Shown one piece after another: positions 10,558 through 22,401 of a stretch of 64,000 nt of DNA; the first letter of the stretch is position 1; every line of letters begins with the position of its first letter. This DNA comes from Novosphingobium sp. SCN 66-18. GTDB taxonomy: Bacteria > Pseudomonadota > Alphaproteobacteria > Sphingomonadales > Sphingomonadaceae. The notes beneath the pieces are model-generated. The model was not told the origin of the DNA. It did no database searches and saw nothing but the letters and a program-made list of their open reading frames with translations. Location of the stretch: positions 3,612 to 67,611 of the forward strand of contig MEGD01000038.1 of assembly GCA_001725355.1 (NCBI GenBank), read 5' to 3'. The position numbers and the translations under genes were made by a program.

Positions 10558-11697
10558 ATGGGACGCCCCACCGAAGGCCAGCTTGCGCTGGCGCATCAGG
10601 TTGCCGCCGGCGCCGGCCAGCAGGCTTCCGATATCGCCCATGTTCCCGCATCCGCCTATGTCGATCCCGCGCATTTCGCGCGCGAGAAAGCCGCGCTTTT
10701 CGACCGGATGCCGCAAGTGCTGGCTCCTTCGGCGCTGCTGCCCGAACCCAACATGGCCGTGCCCCACGATGGCACCGGCCGCCCGCTGCTGATCGCGCGC
10801 GATGGCGAGGGCACGGTGCGGGTGTTCCTCAACGTATGCCGCCACCGGGGCACGCGGCTGGTCGAAGGGCACGACGTGCAATGCGGCAAGCGCCTGGTCT
10901 GCCCCTATCACGCGTGGACCTATGCCACCGACGGCCGGTTGCTCGCCCTGCCCCGCCCGGATACCTTCCCCGGCTTCGACAAGGCGGCTCACGGGCTGGT
11001 CGAACTGCCGAGCCATGAATCGGGCGGCCTGATCTGGTTCGCGCCCACCGCCTCCGACGCCGATTTCGGCGACGCCGCGCGCGTGGGCGAGGATTTCGCC
11101 GCCGTGGGGCTGGCCGGCCAGCACCTTTACGCGCGGCGCACGCACCGCGTGGCGTCGAACTGGAAGCTGATCATGGACGCGTTCCTGGAAAGCTACCACG
11201 TGCTGCGCCTGCACGCGACGTCGATCGCGCCGTTCTTCAAGGACGGCATCACCTCGGGCGACGAGATCGGGCCGCACAAGCGCTCGCTGGTTGGCCGCGC
11301 GGCGGAGATGGAAGGCGTGGATCTGTCGGACTGGGCGCAGCTGCGCGCGGTCGGCACGTTCGCCTACCAGCTCTTTCCCGCCACCGTGGTCGTGGTCAGC
11401 CCGGACTATGTGAACCTGATGACAATCATGCCGCAGGCGGTGGACCAGACGCTGGTCGAGGATTTCATGCTGATCCCCGAACCACCGCGCGACGAAAAGG
11501 CGGAGAAACATTGGCAAAAGAGCTGGAACCTGCTCGACGGGCAAGTGTTCGGCGCGGAGGATTTCCGGGCGGCCGAACTCGGCCAGCAGGGCCTTGCCAG
11601 CGGCGCGATCGGCGAGATCACGCTCGGCACGCTGGAAGCGGGGATCGCGCGGTTCCACGCGATCTGCGCGGAGCAGATGGCAAAAGCCGGCCTCTGA
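10558..11697 (+). CDS. Rieske non-heme iron oxygenase alpha subunit
   Basis: CRHRG...CPYHAW Rieske ligands; ESYHxxxLH...AED mononuclear iron site. Confidence 0.9.
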   Translation: MGRPTEGQLALAHQVAAGAGQQASDIAHVPASAYVDPAHFAREKAALFDRMPQVLAPSALLPEPNMAVPHDGTGRPLLIARDGEGTVRVFLNVCRHRGTRLVEGHDVQCGKRLVCPYHAWTYATDGRLLALPRPDTFPGFDKAAHGLVELPSHESGGLIWFAPTASDADFGDAARVGEDFAAVGLAGQHLYARRTHRVASNWKLIMDAFLESYHVLRLHATSIAPFFKDGITSGDEIGPHKRSLVGRAAEMEGVDLSDWAQLRAVGTFAYQLFPATVVVVSPDYVNLMTIMPQAVDQTLVEDFMLIPEPPRDEKAEKHWQKSWNLLDGQVFGAEDFRAAELGQQGLASGAIGEITLGTLEAGIARFHAICAEQMAKAGL

Positions 11698-11746
11698 CCG
11701 CAAGAGCCGGGGTGACGCGCGGGCCAAGCGCGCGTAAGGGCGGGGA

Positions 11747-12639
<893 letters not shown>

Positions 12640-12643
<4 letters not shown>

Positions 12644-13185
12644 GGATCATCGCCGGGGAATGGCGCGGCCGGCCGCTCCGCGCGCCGGAAGGCGACGCCA
12701 CCCGCCCCACGGCCAACCGCACGCGCGAGACGCTGTTCTCGATGCTGACCAGCCGGCTCGGCAGCTTCGAAGGGCTGACCGTGGCCGACCTGTTCGCGGG
12801 ATCGGGCGCGCTGGGGCTGGAAGCGCTCTCACGCGGCGCGGAGAAGGCGATTTTCGTCGAACAGGCTCCGCCCGCGATCCGCGCGATCCGCGCCAACATC
12901 GCCGCGCTGCACGCCCAGGCGAAGTGCGACGTGCGCGCGGCATCGGTGCTGACGCTGGGGCCGGTCAAGGAACCGGTCGATCTGGTCCTGCTCGATCCGC
13001 CTTACGGCACCGGCGCGGGCGCGGTGGCGATCGACCGGCTGGTGCGGCTCGGCTGGATCGGCGAAGGCACGTGGATAAGCCTGGAAACCGCCGCCAACGA
13101 ACAACCGCAGATCCGCGCGTGCGAGGTCGATGCCGAACGCAAGGTGGGCAAGGCGCTGCTCACCCTGCTGCGCCTCAAGGGCTGA
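12640..13185 (+). CDS. rsmD: 16S rRNA m2G966 methyltransferase
   Basis: MRIIAG, TRPT, DLFAGSGALGLEALSRGA, DPPY. Confidence 0.95.
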
Positions 13186-13194
13186 CCAGAGCCG

Positions 13195-14466
13195 CTACCC
13201 TGCTGCCTTGCGGCCGAACAGCACGCCCGCCAGCGTAAGGCTGCCCGCCACGGTCAGGAACAGCCCGACGTAGGCGGTGCCGCCGTGCTGGGCGAGGTAC
13301 TGCGCGGCAAACGGCGCCATCGCCCCGCCGATAATTCCGCCGACGTTGAACGCCACGGAAATCCCCGTGTAGCGCACGGGCACGGCATAGAGCGTAGGCA
13401 ACCATGCGCCGAGCGGGCCATAGGTCAGCCCCATCACCAGCAGCGCGGCGGCCAGCGTCAGGAACACCAGCGGCAGCGAACCCGATCCCAGCCCGGCGCC
13501 GAACACCAGCCCGATCACCGCCGTCAGCGCCGCCCCCTTGCCCAGCACGTTGCGCGCGCTCGTCCGGTCCGCCCACCAGCCGGCCAGCAGGATGCCGATG
13601 GCGAGGAAGGTGTTGGCGCCTAGTTGCACCATCAGGAACGCCTCGCGCGAATAGCCGAGGGTCTTGGTGCCGAAGCTCAGCGCGAACGTGGTAGCGAGAT
13701 AGAAGATCGCGAAGCAGGCGACCACGCCCGCGATCCCGGCAATCACCGCGCCGGCATGATCCGCGAACAGCCGGCCGATCGGCACGCGCGGCGGCGGCGC
13801 GGCTTCCAGCGCGGCGCGGAACGCCGCCGTTTCGCCGATCCGCAGCCGCACCCACAGGCCCAGCCCAACCAGCAGTGCCGAAGCCAGGAAGGGAATGCGC
13901 CAACCCCATGCGGCAAAGTCCGCATCCGAAAGGTTCACCGCCAGGATCAGGAACAGGCCATTGGCGGCAAGGAAGCCCAGCGGCGCGCCCAATTGCGGCG
14001 CGGAGCCGAAGCGCGCCTCCCACCCCTTCGGCGCGTTCTCCACGGCCAGCAGCGACGCCCCGCCCCATTCGCCGCCAAGCCCGAAGCCCTGCCCGAAGCG
14101 CAGCAGGCAGAGCAGCGCGGGCGCGATCGGCCCGGCCATGGCGTAGGTTGGCAGGAAAGCGATCAGCAGCGTCGACAGCCCCATCAGCATCAGCGAGGCG
14201 ACCAGCGTGGACTTGCGCCCCACCCGGTCGCCGAAATGCCCGAACGCGATCGCGCCCACCGGCCGCGCGAAGAAGGCCAGGCCGAAGGTCATGAACGAGG
14301 CCATGGTCTGCGCCGCTTCCGATTCCGCCGGAAAGAACAGCGGCCCGATCACCAGCGCCGCCGCCGTGGCATAGACGTAGAAGTCGTAGAACTCGACCGC
14401 CGTACCGACGAGGCTGGCCGTGAGGATGCGGGCGTGCTGGCGGATCGGATTTGCGGCGGACATCAT
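13195..14466 (-). CDS. MHS-family MFS transporter
   Basis: [30 protein letters not shown]. Confidence 0.9.
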   Translation of the reverse strand: MMSAANPIRQHARILTASLVGTAVEFYDFYVYATAAALVIGPLFFPAESEAAQTMASFMTFGLAFFARPVGAIAFGHFGDRVGRKSTLVASLMLMGLSTLLIAFLPTYAMAGPIAPALLCLLRFGQGFGLGGEWGGASLLAVENAPKGWEARFGSAPQLGAPLGFLAANGLFLILAVNLSDADFAAWGWRIPFLASALLVGLGLWVRLRIGETAAFRAALEAAPPPRVPIGRLFADHAGAVIAGIAGVVACFAIFYLATTFALSFGTKTLGYSREAFLMVQLGANTFLAIGILLAGWWADRTSARNVLGKGAALTAVIGLVFGAGLGSGSLPLVFLTLAAALLVMGLTYGPLGAWLPTLYAVPVRYTGISVAFNVGGIIGGAMAPFAAQYLAQHGGTAYVGLFLTVAGSLTLAGVLFGRKAAG

Positions 14467-14645
14467 GGGCCGCTTCGTTCGACGCCGGGTGCGGACTTGT
14501 CAAGGAAGGGCAGCCGATCCGTACCGTCCCTCTGCGAAATCACGTATCCCGCCATTCAGCCAATCACAGCGCGCTTTCCCTAGAAGGATGCGGAACAGGC
14601 CGCGCGCAAGCTTTGCGGCCCGGCATCGAGGGTAACGACGTGAAC

Positions 14646-16082
14646 ATGCTGAACTGGTTCGAGAAACAGGCTCCCATCCGCGAGAAATTCCGCGCCTTGC
14701 TGTTCGTGCATTCGGGCCTTGCCGTTCTTGGCCTGCTGGCAACGCTCTGGGCCGGCCTGGGCGGCGGACTGATCCTGCCGCTGATCGCCTCGACCGTCGT
14801 CGTCGCGCTTTCGGCCGTGGCCGCGATCGTCAGCGGAGAGCGCATCTGCACGCCCTACGTCAACACCGTCATCCGCATGGAAGCGCTGGCGCGGGGCGAT
14901 CTCGACAGCCCGATCCTCTATGCCAGCCATACGGACTGCGTCGGCCGGATGACCAGGGCGATGACCGTGTTCCGTGAAAACGCGCTAACGCTTCAAACCT
15001 CGTCAGCCGCGCGCGAAAGGGTCAGCACCGCCCTGAGCGCGGCCCTCTCGCGCCTGGCCGAAGCGGACCTTTCCTATCGCATCGAAACCGTGTTTCCGGA
15101 ATCGCACGACCAGGTCCGCAACGACTTCAACCGCGCGGCCGAAGCGCTGGCCAGCACGCTGACCTCCGTCGCCACCTCCGCCATTTCGATCGACAGCAGT
15201 TCGGGCCAGATCCGCACCGCGTCGGACGATCTGGCCGCGCGCACCGAACAGCAGGCCGCCTCGATCGCCAAGGCGAGCGAATCCATGCGCGCCGTGACGA
15301 TGCTGGTCGAACAGAACGCCGGCAGCGTGGCCGATGTCGACAAGTCGATCGCCGATGCCCATCGCGGCGCGACGCAGGGCGGCGAAGTGGTGGATCAGGC
15401 GGTCGCGGCGATGACCATGATCCAGAAATCGTCACAGGAAATCACGCAGATCATCAACGTGATCGATGGCATCGCCTTCCAGACCAACCTCCTCGCGCTC
15501 AACGCCGGGGTGGAAGCCGCGCGGGCGGGCGATGCGGGCAAGGGCTTTGCCGTCGTCGCCAACGAAGTGCGCGCGCTGGCGCAGCGCTCGGCCGATGCCG
15601 CGCGCGAAATCAAGGATCTCATCACCAACAGCAGCGAGCACGTGAACCAGGGCGTTACCCTGGTCGGCGAAACCGGCCGGGCGCTGGGGCAGATCGTGGC
15701 GCGCGTGGGCGAAGTCAGCCAGTTGACCAAAGCCATCGCCGAATCCGCGCGGCAGCAGTCGGAAATGCTGCGCGACGTGAACGAAACGGTGGCTCAGATC
15801 GACCTCATGACGCAGCAGAACGCCGCGATGGTCGAAGAAAGCACCGCAGCCTCGCGCAGCCTGGCGCAGCAGGCGGGCAATCTCTCGGCGCTGGTGGCGC
15901 GCTTCAACACGGCGGGCGGGCAAGCATCCAGGCCGCCGGCACCGTCCGCCGAAATCGTCGTGCTTGCGCCGCCACCTGTCGCGGAACCCGCAGAGATCGC
16001 CGAGCGCGCGCTACCCGCGCCCACGCAAGGCAACCTCGCCCTGAAAGCATCGGAAGATACCCAGGATTGGAGCGAATTCTAG
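14646..16082 (+). CDS. methyl-accepting chemotaxis protein
   Basis: [20 protein letters not shown] signalling hairpin, HAMP regions, C-terminal DWSEF pentapeptide. Confidence 0.93.
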   Translation: MLNWFEKQAPIREKFRALLFVHSGLAVLGLLATLWAGLGGGLILPLIASTVVVALSAVAAIVSGERICTPYVNTVIRMEALARGDLDSPILYASHTDCVGRMTRAMTVFRENALTLQTSSAARERVSTALSAALSRLAEADLSYRIETVFPESHDQVRNDFNRAAEALASTLTSVATSAISIDSSSGQIRTASDDLAARTEQQAASIAKASESMRAVTMLVEQNAGSVADVDKSIADAHRGATQGGEVVDQAVAAMTMIQKSSQEITQIINVIDGIAFQTNLLALNAGVEAARAGDAGKGFAVVANEVRALAQRSADAAREIKDLITNSSEHVNQGVTLVGETGRALGQIVARVGEVSQLTKAIAESARQQSEMLRDVNETVAQIDLMTQQNAAMVEESTAASRSLAQQAGNLSALVARFNTAGGQASRPPAPSAEIVVLAPPPVAEPAEIAERALPAPTQGNLALKASEDTQDWSEF

Positions 16083-16116
16083 GCTCGGGGCGCTGCAGCC
16101 GAAGGGCGGGCAGCGC

Positions 16117-16146
16117 GAAGGGCGCCGGAGTGATCCGGCGCCCTTC
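16117..16146. terminator. hairpin between convergent genes
   Basis: gaagggcgccgga-gtga-tccggcgcccttc. Confidence 0.55.
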
Positions 16147-16184
16147 CTTCAGGCCCGACCCGAAGGGCCTTCAACTGTCAGAGG

Positions 16185-16784
16185 TCAGACGCCGCCACGG
16201 TTGCGGCAGCTGTCCTGCACCGTCTTCGAACACAGCGGATAGGCCTTGGCCGCAGCGCCATCGGCCGAAGCCATGTTCCCGCGCGGTGCCGCTTCCGACG
16301 GGGCATCGGCCGTGGCGGCCGGCGGCGCGGAGGCGGGAGCTGCCGCAGCCGACGGCTTGCCGCTAACCTGGGCGACGATTGTCGGCCACACCTGTTCACG
16401 CTGATCGGGCGTCATGGCGAATACCTGGCCGCGCTGCTGATCGCTCAGCGCCCACCAGCCAGCCTGGCGATCGGGCGCGAGCGACCAGAAGTATTCCTGC
16501 TGGACTGCCGGCCATGCATCATACTTCGCCTTCTTGTCCGCTGGCCAGGCATCGTACTGCGCCTTCTGTTCGGCGCTCGGGCTGAACGGGGTGGTCGCGG
16601 TCGAGGCATTGGGGGTGGAAGCCGGGGGCGTGGCGGCATCCGGTGTCGAGGTTGTCGTCGAAGTTTCGGGGGGAACGGGCGCCGTGGAATCGGCCGGCGG
16701 AGGAGTGGTGGCCTGCGCGAGTGCAGCGGCAGGCAGGGCAGCGGTTGCGAGCGCAAGCGCACTCACGCACAGAAACTTACGCAT
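16185..16784 (-). CDS. secreted Pro/Ala/Thr-rich hypothetical protein
   Basis: RBS caggag, signal peptide MRKFL...ALA, Trp-periodic core, C-terminal YPLCSKTVQDSC. Confidence 0.8.
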   Translation of the reverse strand: MRKFLCVSALALATAALPAAALAQATTPPPADSTAPVPPETSTTTSTPDAATPPASTPNASTATTPFSPSAEQKAQYDAWPADKKAKYDAWPAVQQEYFWSLAPDRQAGWWALSDQQRGQVFAMTPDQREQVWPTIVAQVSGKPSAAAAPASAPPAATADAPSEAAPRGNMASADGAAAKAYPLCSKTVQDSCRNRGGV

Positions 16785-16961
16785 TTTCAATCTCCTGCTG
16801 TCGTCAGGTACTGTGCAGAAGGTACGCACGGGCGATGCCTGCGATCCCGCGAAAGCGGCGGGACGTGCCTTTCGCGCCGACGAGCCGAACCGTGACGGAA
16901 ACCGGGCGCGACGGGCCGAATGATCGTTGCGACGACCTGTTTTGGTCCCTATCTGTTCACG

Positions 16962-19259
16962 ATGTCCGTTCCCTATTCCACGAATCCCGCAGACAACGAA
17001 GCCTGGCTTGACGGCCTGAACCCGCCACAACGCGAAGCCGTGCTGACCACCGAAGGCCCGGTGCTGATGCTGGCGGGCGCGGGCACCGGCAAGACCGCCG
17101 CGCTCACCGCGCGCATGGCTTATCTGCTGCGCGCGCGCCGGGCATGGCCCTCCGAAATCCTCTGCGTCACGTTTACCAACAAGGCCGCGCGCGAGATGCG
17201 CGAACGGGTCGGCCAACTGATCGGCCCCGCCGTGGAAGGGATGCCCTGGCTGGGCACGTTCCACGCCATCGCGGCGAAGATGCTGCGCCGCCATGCGGAA
17301 ATCGTCGGCCTGCAATCGAACTTCACGATCATCGACACCGATGACCAGTTGCGCCTGCTCAAGCAATTGATCCAGGCGGAGGGGCTGGACGAAAAGCGCT
17401 GGCCCGCGCGCCAGCTCGCGGGGCTGATCGACAAGTGGAAGAACCGGGGCCTCAACCCCGCCGACCTCGATGCGGGCGAGAACGAAGCCTATGCCAACGG
17501 GCGCGGGCAGAAGTTCTACGCGCTCTATCAGGCGCGGCTCCAGGCGCTCAACGCCTGCGATTTCGGCGATCTGCTGCTCCACATGCTCAACGTGTTCCGG
17601 CGCGAGCGCGAGGTGCTGGAACAGTACCAGCAGCGCTTCAAATACGTGATGGTGGACGAATATCAGGATACCAACGCGGTCCAGTACCTGTGGCTGCGGC
17701 TGATCGCGCAGGCGCGCAAGAACATCTGCGTGGTGGGGGACGATGACCAGTCGATCTATTCCTGGCGCGGCGCGGAAGTGGCCAACATCCTGCGCTTCGA
17801 AAAGGACTTCCCCGGCGCGAAGGTGATCCGGCTGGAGCAGAACTACCGCTCCACCCCGCACATCCTGGGCGCGGCATCCGGCTTGATCGCGGAAAATTCC
17901 GAACGGCTCGGCAAGACGCTGTGGACCGAGCGCGACGGTGGCGACAAGGTCCGCATCGTGGGCGTGTGGGACGGGCCGGAGGAAGCCCGCCGCGTGGGCG
18001 ACGAGATCGAGCGGCTGGAGCGCGAAGGCTGCGGACTCAACCAGATCGCGATTCTGGTGCGCGCGCAGTTCCAGACGCGCGAGCTGGAAGACCGCTTCAT
18101 CCAGATCGGCCTCGGCTATCGCATCGTCGGCGGCTTCCGCTTCTACGAGCGTGCCGAAATCCGCGATGCGCTCGCCTACCTGCGCCTGATCGCCTCGCCG
18201 TCGGACGACCTCGCGTTCGAGCGGATCTACAACACGCCCAAGCGTGGGCTGGGCGACAAGACGCTGGAAAAGCTCCACCGCCATGCGCGCGCGCGCGGCG
18301 TGCCGCTGTCGCTGGCGGCGGTCGAAATTCTCGATACCGATGAACTGCCCGCCCGCGCGCGTGGCACGCTGACCGCCCTGATGCGCGACTTCGCGCGCTG
18401 GCGCGATGCCTCGAAAACGCTGGTGCCGGCGGAACTCGCGCGCACCATCCTCGATGAAAGCGGCTACACCGCCGCGCTTCAGGCCGAACGCAGCGCGGAG
18501 GCGAACGGGCGGTTGGAAAACCTGTCCGAACTCGCCCGCGCGATGGAGGATTACGAGACGCTGGGCGATTTTCTCGAACACGTCAGCCTCGTCATGGACA
18601 ACGAGGCTGCGCCCGATGACGAGAAGGTCACGGTGATGACGATCCACGCCGCCAAGGGGCTGGAGTTCGATCAGGTGTTCCTGCCGGGCTGGGAGGAAGG
18701 CGTGTTCCCCTCGCAACGCGCTCTCGACGAAGGCGGCCTTGCCTCGCTGGAGGAGGAACGCCGTCTCGCCTACGTCGCGATCACCCGCGCGCGCAAGCGC
18801 TGCACCATCCTGCACGCCGCCAACCGCCGCATCTATGGCCAGTGGACCAGTTCGATCCCCAGCCGCTTCATCGGCGAACTGCCGCGCGGGCATATCGAGG
18901 AAGAAACCACGCTGTCGGGCGGCGCCTCGCTATGGCGCGCCAACTGGTCGGAACAGAGCGATCCCTTCGCCGACGTCGCGCGCGCGCAGCCATCGCGCGG
19001 CGTGGGCCGCGGCCCCGGCTGGCAGCGCGCGGCGGCGCAGAGCTATGACCCCAGCCCCCGCCGCATCCCCGAAGCGACGCGCAGCGCCGCCAGCTTCGCC
19101 GCCAAGCCCCGCGCCGACATCGCCATGGGCGCGCGCGTGTTCCACGACAAGTTCGGCTACGGCACCGTCGCCGCGCAGGAAGGCAACAAGCTGGAGATCG
19201 ATTTCGAAACCGCCGGCCGCAAGCGCGTGATCGACAGCTTCGTGAAGCCGGCGGGGTAG
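16962..19259 (+). CDS. uvrD: UvrD/PcrA DNA helicase II
   Basis: AGAGTGKT, VDEYQDTN, GDDDQSIY, QNYRST, TIHAAKGLEF, EEERRLAYVAITRA. Confidence 0.95.
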   Translation: MSVPYSTNPADNEAWLDGLNPPQREAVLTTEGPVLMLAGAGTGKTAALTARMAYLLRARRAWPSEILCVTFTNKAAREMRERVGQLIGPAVEGMPWLGTFHAIAAKMLRRHAEIVGLQSNFTIIDTDDQLRLLKQLIQAEGLDEKRWPARQLAGLIDKWKNRGLNPADLDAGENEAYANGRGQKFYALYQARLQALNACDFGDLLLHMLNVFRREREVLEQYQQRFKYVMVDEYQDTNAVQYLWLRLIAQARKNICVVGDDDQSIYSWRGAEVANILRFEKDFPGAKVIRLEQNYRSTPHILGAASGLIAENSERLGKTLWTERDGGDKVRIVGVWDGPEEARRVGDEIERLEREGCGLNQIAILVRAQFQTRELEDRFIQIGLGYRIVGGFRFYERAEIRDALAYLRLIASPSDDLAFERIYNTPKRGLGDKTLEKLHRHARARGVPLSLAAVEILDTDELPARARGTLTALMRDFARWRDASKTLVPAELARTILDESGYTAALQAERSAEANGRLENLSELARAMEDYETLGDFLEHVSLVMDNEAAPDDEKVTVMTIHAAKGLEFDQVFLPGWEEGVFPSQRALDEGGLASLEEERRLAYVAITRARKRCTILHAANRRIYGQWTSSIPSRFIGELPRGHIEEETTLSGGASLWRANWSEQSDPFADVARAQPSRGVGRGPGWQRAAAQSYDPSPRRIPEATRSAASFAAKPRADIAMGARVFHDKFGYGTVAAQEGNKLEIDFETAGRKRVIDSFVKPAG

Positions 19260-19261
19260 CC

Positions 19262-20020
19262 CTACTCGATCATCGCCTCGATTGTTTCATGAGGGTAAGC
19301 GGCGAACTCCCGGTAAATCCGGAAGTGCGGCGTCTCTTCGAGGCTGATCGGTCGCAAGCCGTATGGATCGACGAACTGAAGATCGGCGTCGGGCAGTGCC
19401 ATCAGCAACGGCGAGTGCGTGGCAATGATGACCTGTGTATTGGCATTGCGCTGCATTCGCCTGAGAATCTTCAAGAACTCGAACTGCTTGTGTGGTGAAA
19501 GTGCGGATTCAGGCTCGTCGAAAATGAACAAGCCCTGGCCATCCAGCCGCTCCTCGAAAAACTGCAAAAAGCCTTCGCCGTGGGAGGACGACAGGAAGTC
19601 CGCATATGGTGATCCGGCATCGTCCAGATATCGGGCCACCGAAAAGAAAGTCTCGGCCCGAAAGAACCAGCCATCACGCATCTGCGGGAGCCAGGCGCCA
19701 CGAAGCGCATTTCCGACATCTCCGGCATCCTGTCCCGAGACTTCGGAGCGCGAAACCGCCGCCATCCCCGGGCCGCCGCCGCCATCTTTGAAACCGGCCA
19801 GTCCAGCGATCGCTTCAAGCAGCGTAGACTTCCCAGCACCGTTCTCGCCGACAAGGATCGTCACGGCGGCTGAGAAGGAAAAGGCAAACTCCCCCTTCCC
19901 GAACAGCGGTAACGAAAAGGGATACACCTCCCAATCGAGGTAAGCTCGGCTATCTTCCGCAAACCATATCCGCTTCAGATATGGCGGCGGTAGGGAAGTG
20001 ATCGATCTCTTTCTGGCCAT
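19262..20020 (-). CDS. stand-alone ABC-type (AAA family) ATPase
   Basis: GENGAGKST, SHGE signature, FIFDEPESALSP, IATHSP; codon usage less GC3-biased than neighbours. Confidence 0.85.
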   Translation of the reverse strand: MARKRSITSLPPPYLKRIWFAEDSRAYLDWEVYPFSLPLFGKGEFAFSFSAAVTILVGENGAGKSTLLEAIAGLAGFKDGGGGPGMAAVSRSEVSGQDAGDVGNALRGAWLPQMRDGWFFRAETFFSVARYLDDAGSPYADFLSSSHGEGFLQFFEERLDGQGLFIFDEPESALSPHKQFEFLKILRRMQRNANTQVIIATHSPLLMALPDADLQFVDPYGLRPISLEETPHFRIYREFAAYPHETIEAMIE

Positions 20021-20071
20021 CCCGGGAGATTATCGCGGAAAGTCATTCCCGCAACTGTGGCCAACCGGTGA

Positions 20072-21478
20072 TCAAAGGGCCGAGACGTTCAGGAATCCCG
20101 GAATCGGCCCATTCCACGCGCCCGGCTCGCTCGGCGGTTCCGTTTCCTGATAGCGCGGTGCGCGTTCGGGCTTCGCCTCGGGGCGCGATCGCGCTTCGTT
20201 GCGGGGCCGCGCTTCGCTCCGGGGCGGGCGGGCGCGGGAGGGTGTTGCTTCTTCCTCCGGCGCGCGCGGTTCGGCCTTGCGGCCGCGCCTGGGCTTTTCC
20301 GCCGCCGCGGGCTTGTCCTCGCGTGCCTTGCGGACCGGCTTCTCCTCCGCCGGAGCGCCGGCGATATCGAGCTTGATTTCCGGAATCGGCGCGCCGGTCA
20401 GCTTCTCGACGTTCTCGATCGCTTCGGCGTCCTCCGGCGCGACCAGAGTGAACGCGCGGCCGGTGGCCCCGCCGCGCCCGGTGCGGCCGATGCGGTGGAC
20501 GTAATCGTCCGGGTGCCACGGCGTGTCGAAATTGAAGACGTGGCTCACGCCCTTGATGTCCAGCCCGCGCGCGGCAACGTCGGACGCGCACAGGATGTTG
20601 ATGTCGCCCGACTTGAAGCGGTCCAGTTCGGCGATGCGGCTGGACTGGTCCATATCACCATGGATCTCGCCGGCAGCAAAGCCGTGGCTCTTGAGGCTCT
20701 TGGCCAGCTCCCGCACGGTGGTCTTGCGGTTGGCGAAGATGATCGCCGTGGTCACGTTGTCGTTGCGGAGCAGGTGGCGCAGCACTTCGCGCTTCTGCCG
20801 GCTGCCAACCTTCACCTTGTGCTGGGCGATGCTGGCGTTGTTCGACGCGGGCCGCGCAACCTCGATGTACTTCGGATTCGACAGGAAGCGATCCGCCAGC
20901 TTCTTGATCGGCGGCGGCATCGTCGCTGAAAACAGCAGCGTCTGCCGCTGCGCGGGCAGCTTGGTGCAGATATTCTCGATGTCCGGGATGAAGCCCATGT
21001 CGAGCATCCGGTCGGCTTCGTCGATCACCAGCAGGTTGCAGCCCGTGAGCAGGATCTTGCCGCGCTCGAACAGGTCCATCAGCCGGCCAGGCGTGGCGAT
21101 CAGCACGTCCACGCCTTCGGACAGCGCCTTGATCTGATCGCCCATCTGCACGCCGCCGATCAGCAGCGCCATCTTGAGATCGTGGTTCTTGCCGTACTTC
21201 TCGAAATTCTCGGCCACCTGCGCCGCCAGCTCGCGCGTCGGCTCCAGGATGAGCGAACGGGGCATCAGCGCGCGGCGCCGCCCGTGGGCGAGAATGTCGA
21301 TCATCGGCAGCACGAAGCCGGCGGTCTTGCCAGTGCCCGTCTGCGCGATGCCGATCAGGTCGCGCATCATCAGCACGCTGGGGATGGCCTGCGCCTGGAT
21401 GGGAGTCGGCTCGTCATAGCCGGCATCCGTCACCGACTGCAGCAATTCATCAGACAGGCCGAGATCGGCGAACTTCAT
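20072..21478 (-). CDS. DEAD-box RNA helicase (RhlE-like)
   Basis: PTPIQ, AQTGTGKT, PTRELA, DEAD, SAT, HRIGRTGR. Confidence 0.95.
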   Translation of the reverse strand: MKFADLGLSDELLQSVTDAGYDEPTPIQAQAIPSVLMMRDLIGIAQTGTGKTAGFVLPMIDILAHGRRRALMPRSLILEPTRELAAQVAENFEKYGKNHDLKMALLIGGVQMGDQIKALSEGVDVLIATPGRLMDLFERGKILLTGCNLLVIDEADRMLDMGFIPDIENICTKLPAQRQTLLFSATMPPPIKKLADRFLSNPKYIEVARPASNNASIAQHKVKVGSRQKREVLRHLLRNDNVTTAIIFANRKTTVRELAKSLKSHGFAAGEIHGDMDQSSRIAELDRFKSGDINILCASDVAARGLDIKGVSHVFNFDTPWHPDDYVHRIGRTGRGGATGRAFTLVAPEDAEAIENVEKLTGAPIPEIKLDIAGAPAEEKPVRKAREDKPAAAEKPRRGRKAEPRAPEEEATPSRARPPRSEARPRNEARSRPEAKPERAPRYQETEPPSEPGAWNGPIPGFLNVSAL

Positions 21479-21647
21479 CAGCGACAATTTCCGAAAGTAA
21501 CGGAGCCGGATATACTCCGGCCCGACCGTCGCCGCGTGACGCCGGTTCCCTTAGCGCGCGCTAAGACGATTGCACGGCGAAAGTCAAGGAAACCCGAGAA
21601 CTTCCGGCGCTTTCAGCACCGAATTCCGCGATGATGGCGTTTTGGGA

Positions 21648-22220
21648 TCAGTTTTCCGGCACGAGTTCGCGCATGCGGCTGATTTCGCAGGTGGCGCCCG
21701 CGCGCGAATGAATGGTGTCGCGCCCGGCGCAAAGCATGCCGTCTGCGGTCTGCTCCACATAGAAGCCCAAGTAGAAATCCCGCGCGTTGCACGATTTGTC
21801 GAGGCTGGCGCCGATGATGCGCCGATCGCGCATGAACAGCACCAGCCGGTCGGCGACGTCACGCTGAACGCCGGCAATGCCGGCCACGGGCACGCAATGC
21901 GCGGACTTGCGCTCGCGCAGCCGCATCGGCCCCGGAGGCGGTGGAGGCGGCGCGAACGAATCGCGGCCCGGCGCGCGCGGCGCGATGCGAATAATCAGGC
22001 GCTGTTCGATGCGGACCTGATCCCAGGAATCCTCTGGAAACCCGCCTGTCCACTCCGCCAGCGGCCCTCCGCCGAAGCGGCCCTCACCGGCGAACCCGCC
22101 GATAAGCGGCGGCCCTTCCGGCGCCACGGCCGTCGGCCACGGATCGCCAACGGCTTCTTCTCCCGCCACGGCGGGAAACAGCAGCGCGAACGGCGCTAGA
22201 AATGCGGCAAGCACCATCAT
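21648..22220 (-). CDS. secreted hypothetical protein with four Cys
   Basis: Signal-like N-terminus, poly-Pro linker, Cys-containing C-terminal domain; start uncertain. Confidence 0.6.
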   Translation of the reverse strand: MMVLAAFLAPFALLFPAVAGEEAVGDPWPTAVAPEGPPLIGGFAGEGRFGGGPLAEWTGGFPEDSWDQVRIEQRLIIRIAPRAPGRDSFAPPPPPPGPMRLRERKSAHCVPVAGIAGVQRDVADRLVLFMRDRRIIGASLDKSCNARDFYLGFYVEQTADGMLCAGRDTIHSRAGATCEISRMRELVPEN

Positions 22221-22401
22221 GGAAGGAAAACGGCCAACCTGATCCCTCATCCCGCACGCGAACACGCACCCCCCGGCAGGTGTCGCTGCGAATGTTGCTT
22301 CGTTACATCGTCCTGTTGAACGGCTGCTTAACCCGATTGCCGGACAGGATGACAAGCAGATTTGAATTGCAGCACCCCGGCGCGCGGCCTAGCGCTGCCG
22401 C

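Noticed and set aside
19254-19264. GGTAGC(C)CTA at the 3' junction of both AT-shifted orphan genes (also 53625-53633)
   Set aside because: Largely explained by stop codons (TAG and its complement CTA); too short to call an insertion motif from two cases.
22317-22333. TGAA-N7-TTAAC near-CtrA site
   Set aside because: One mismatch and no cell-cycle gene adjacent; insufficient support.
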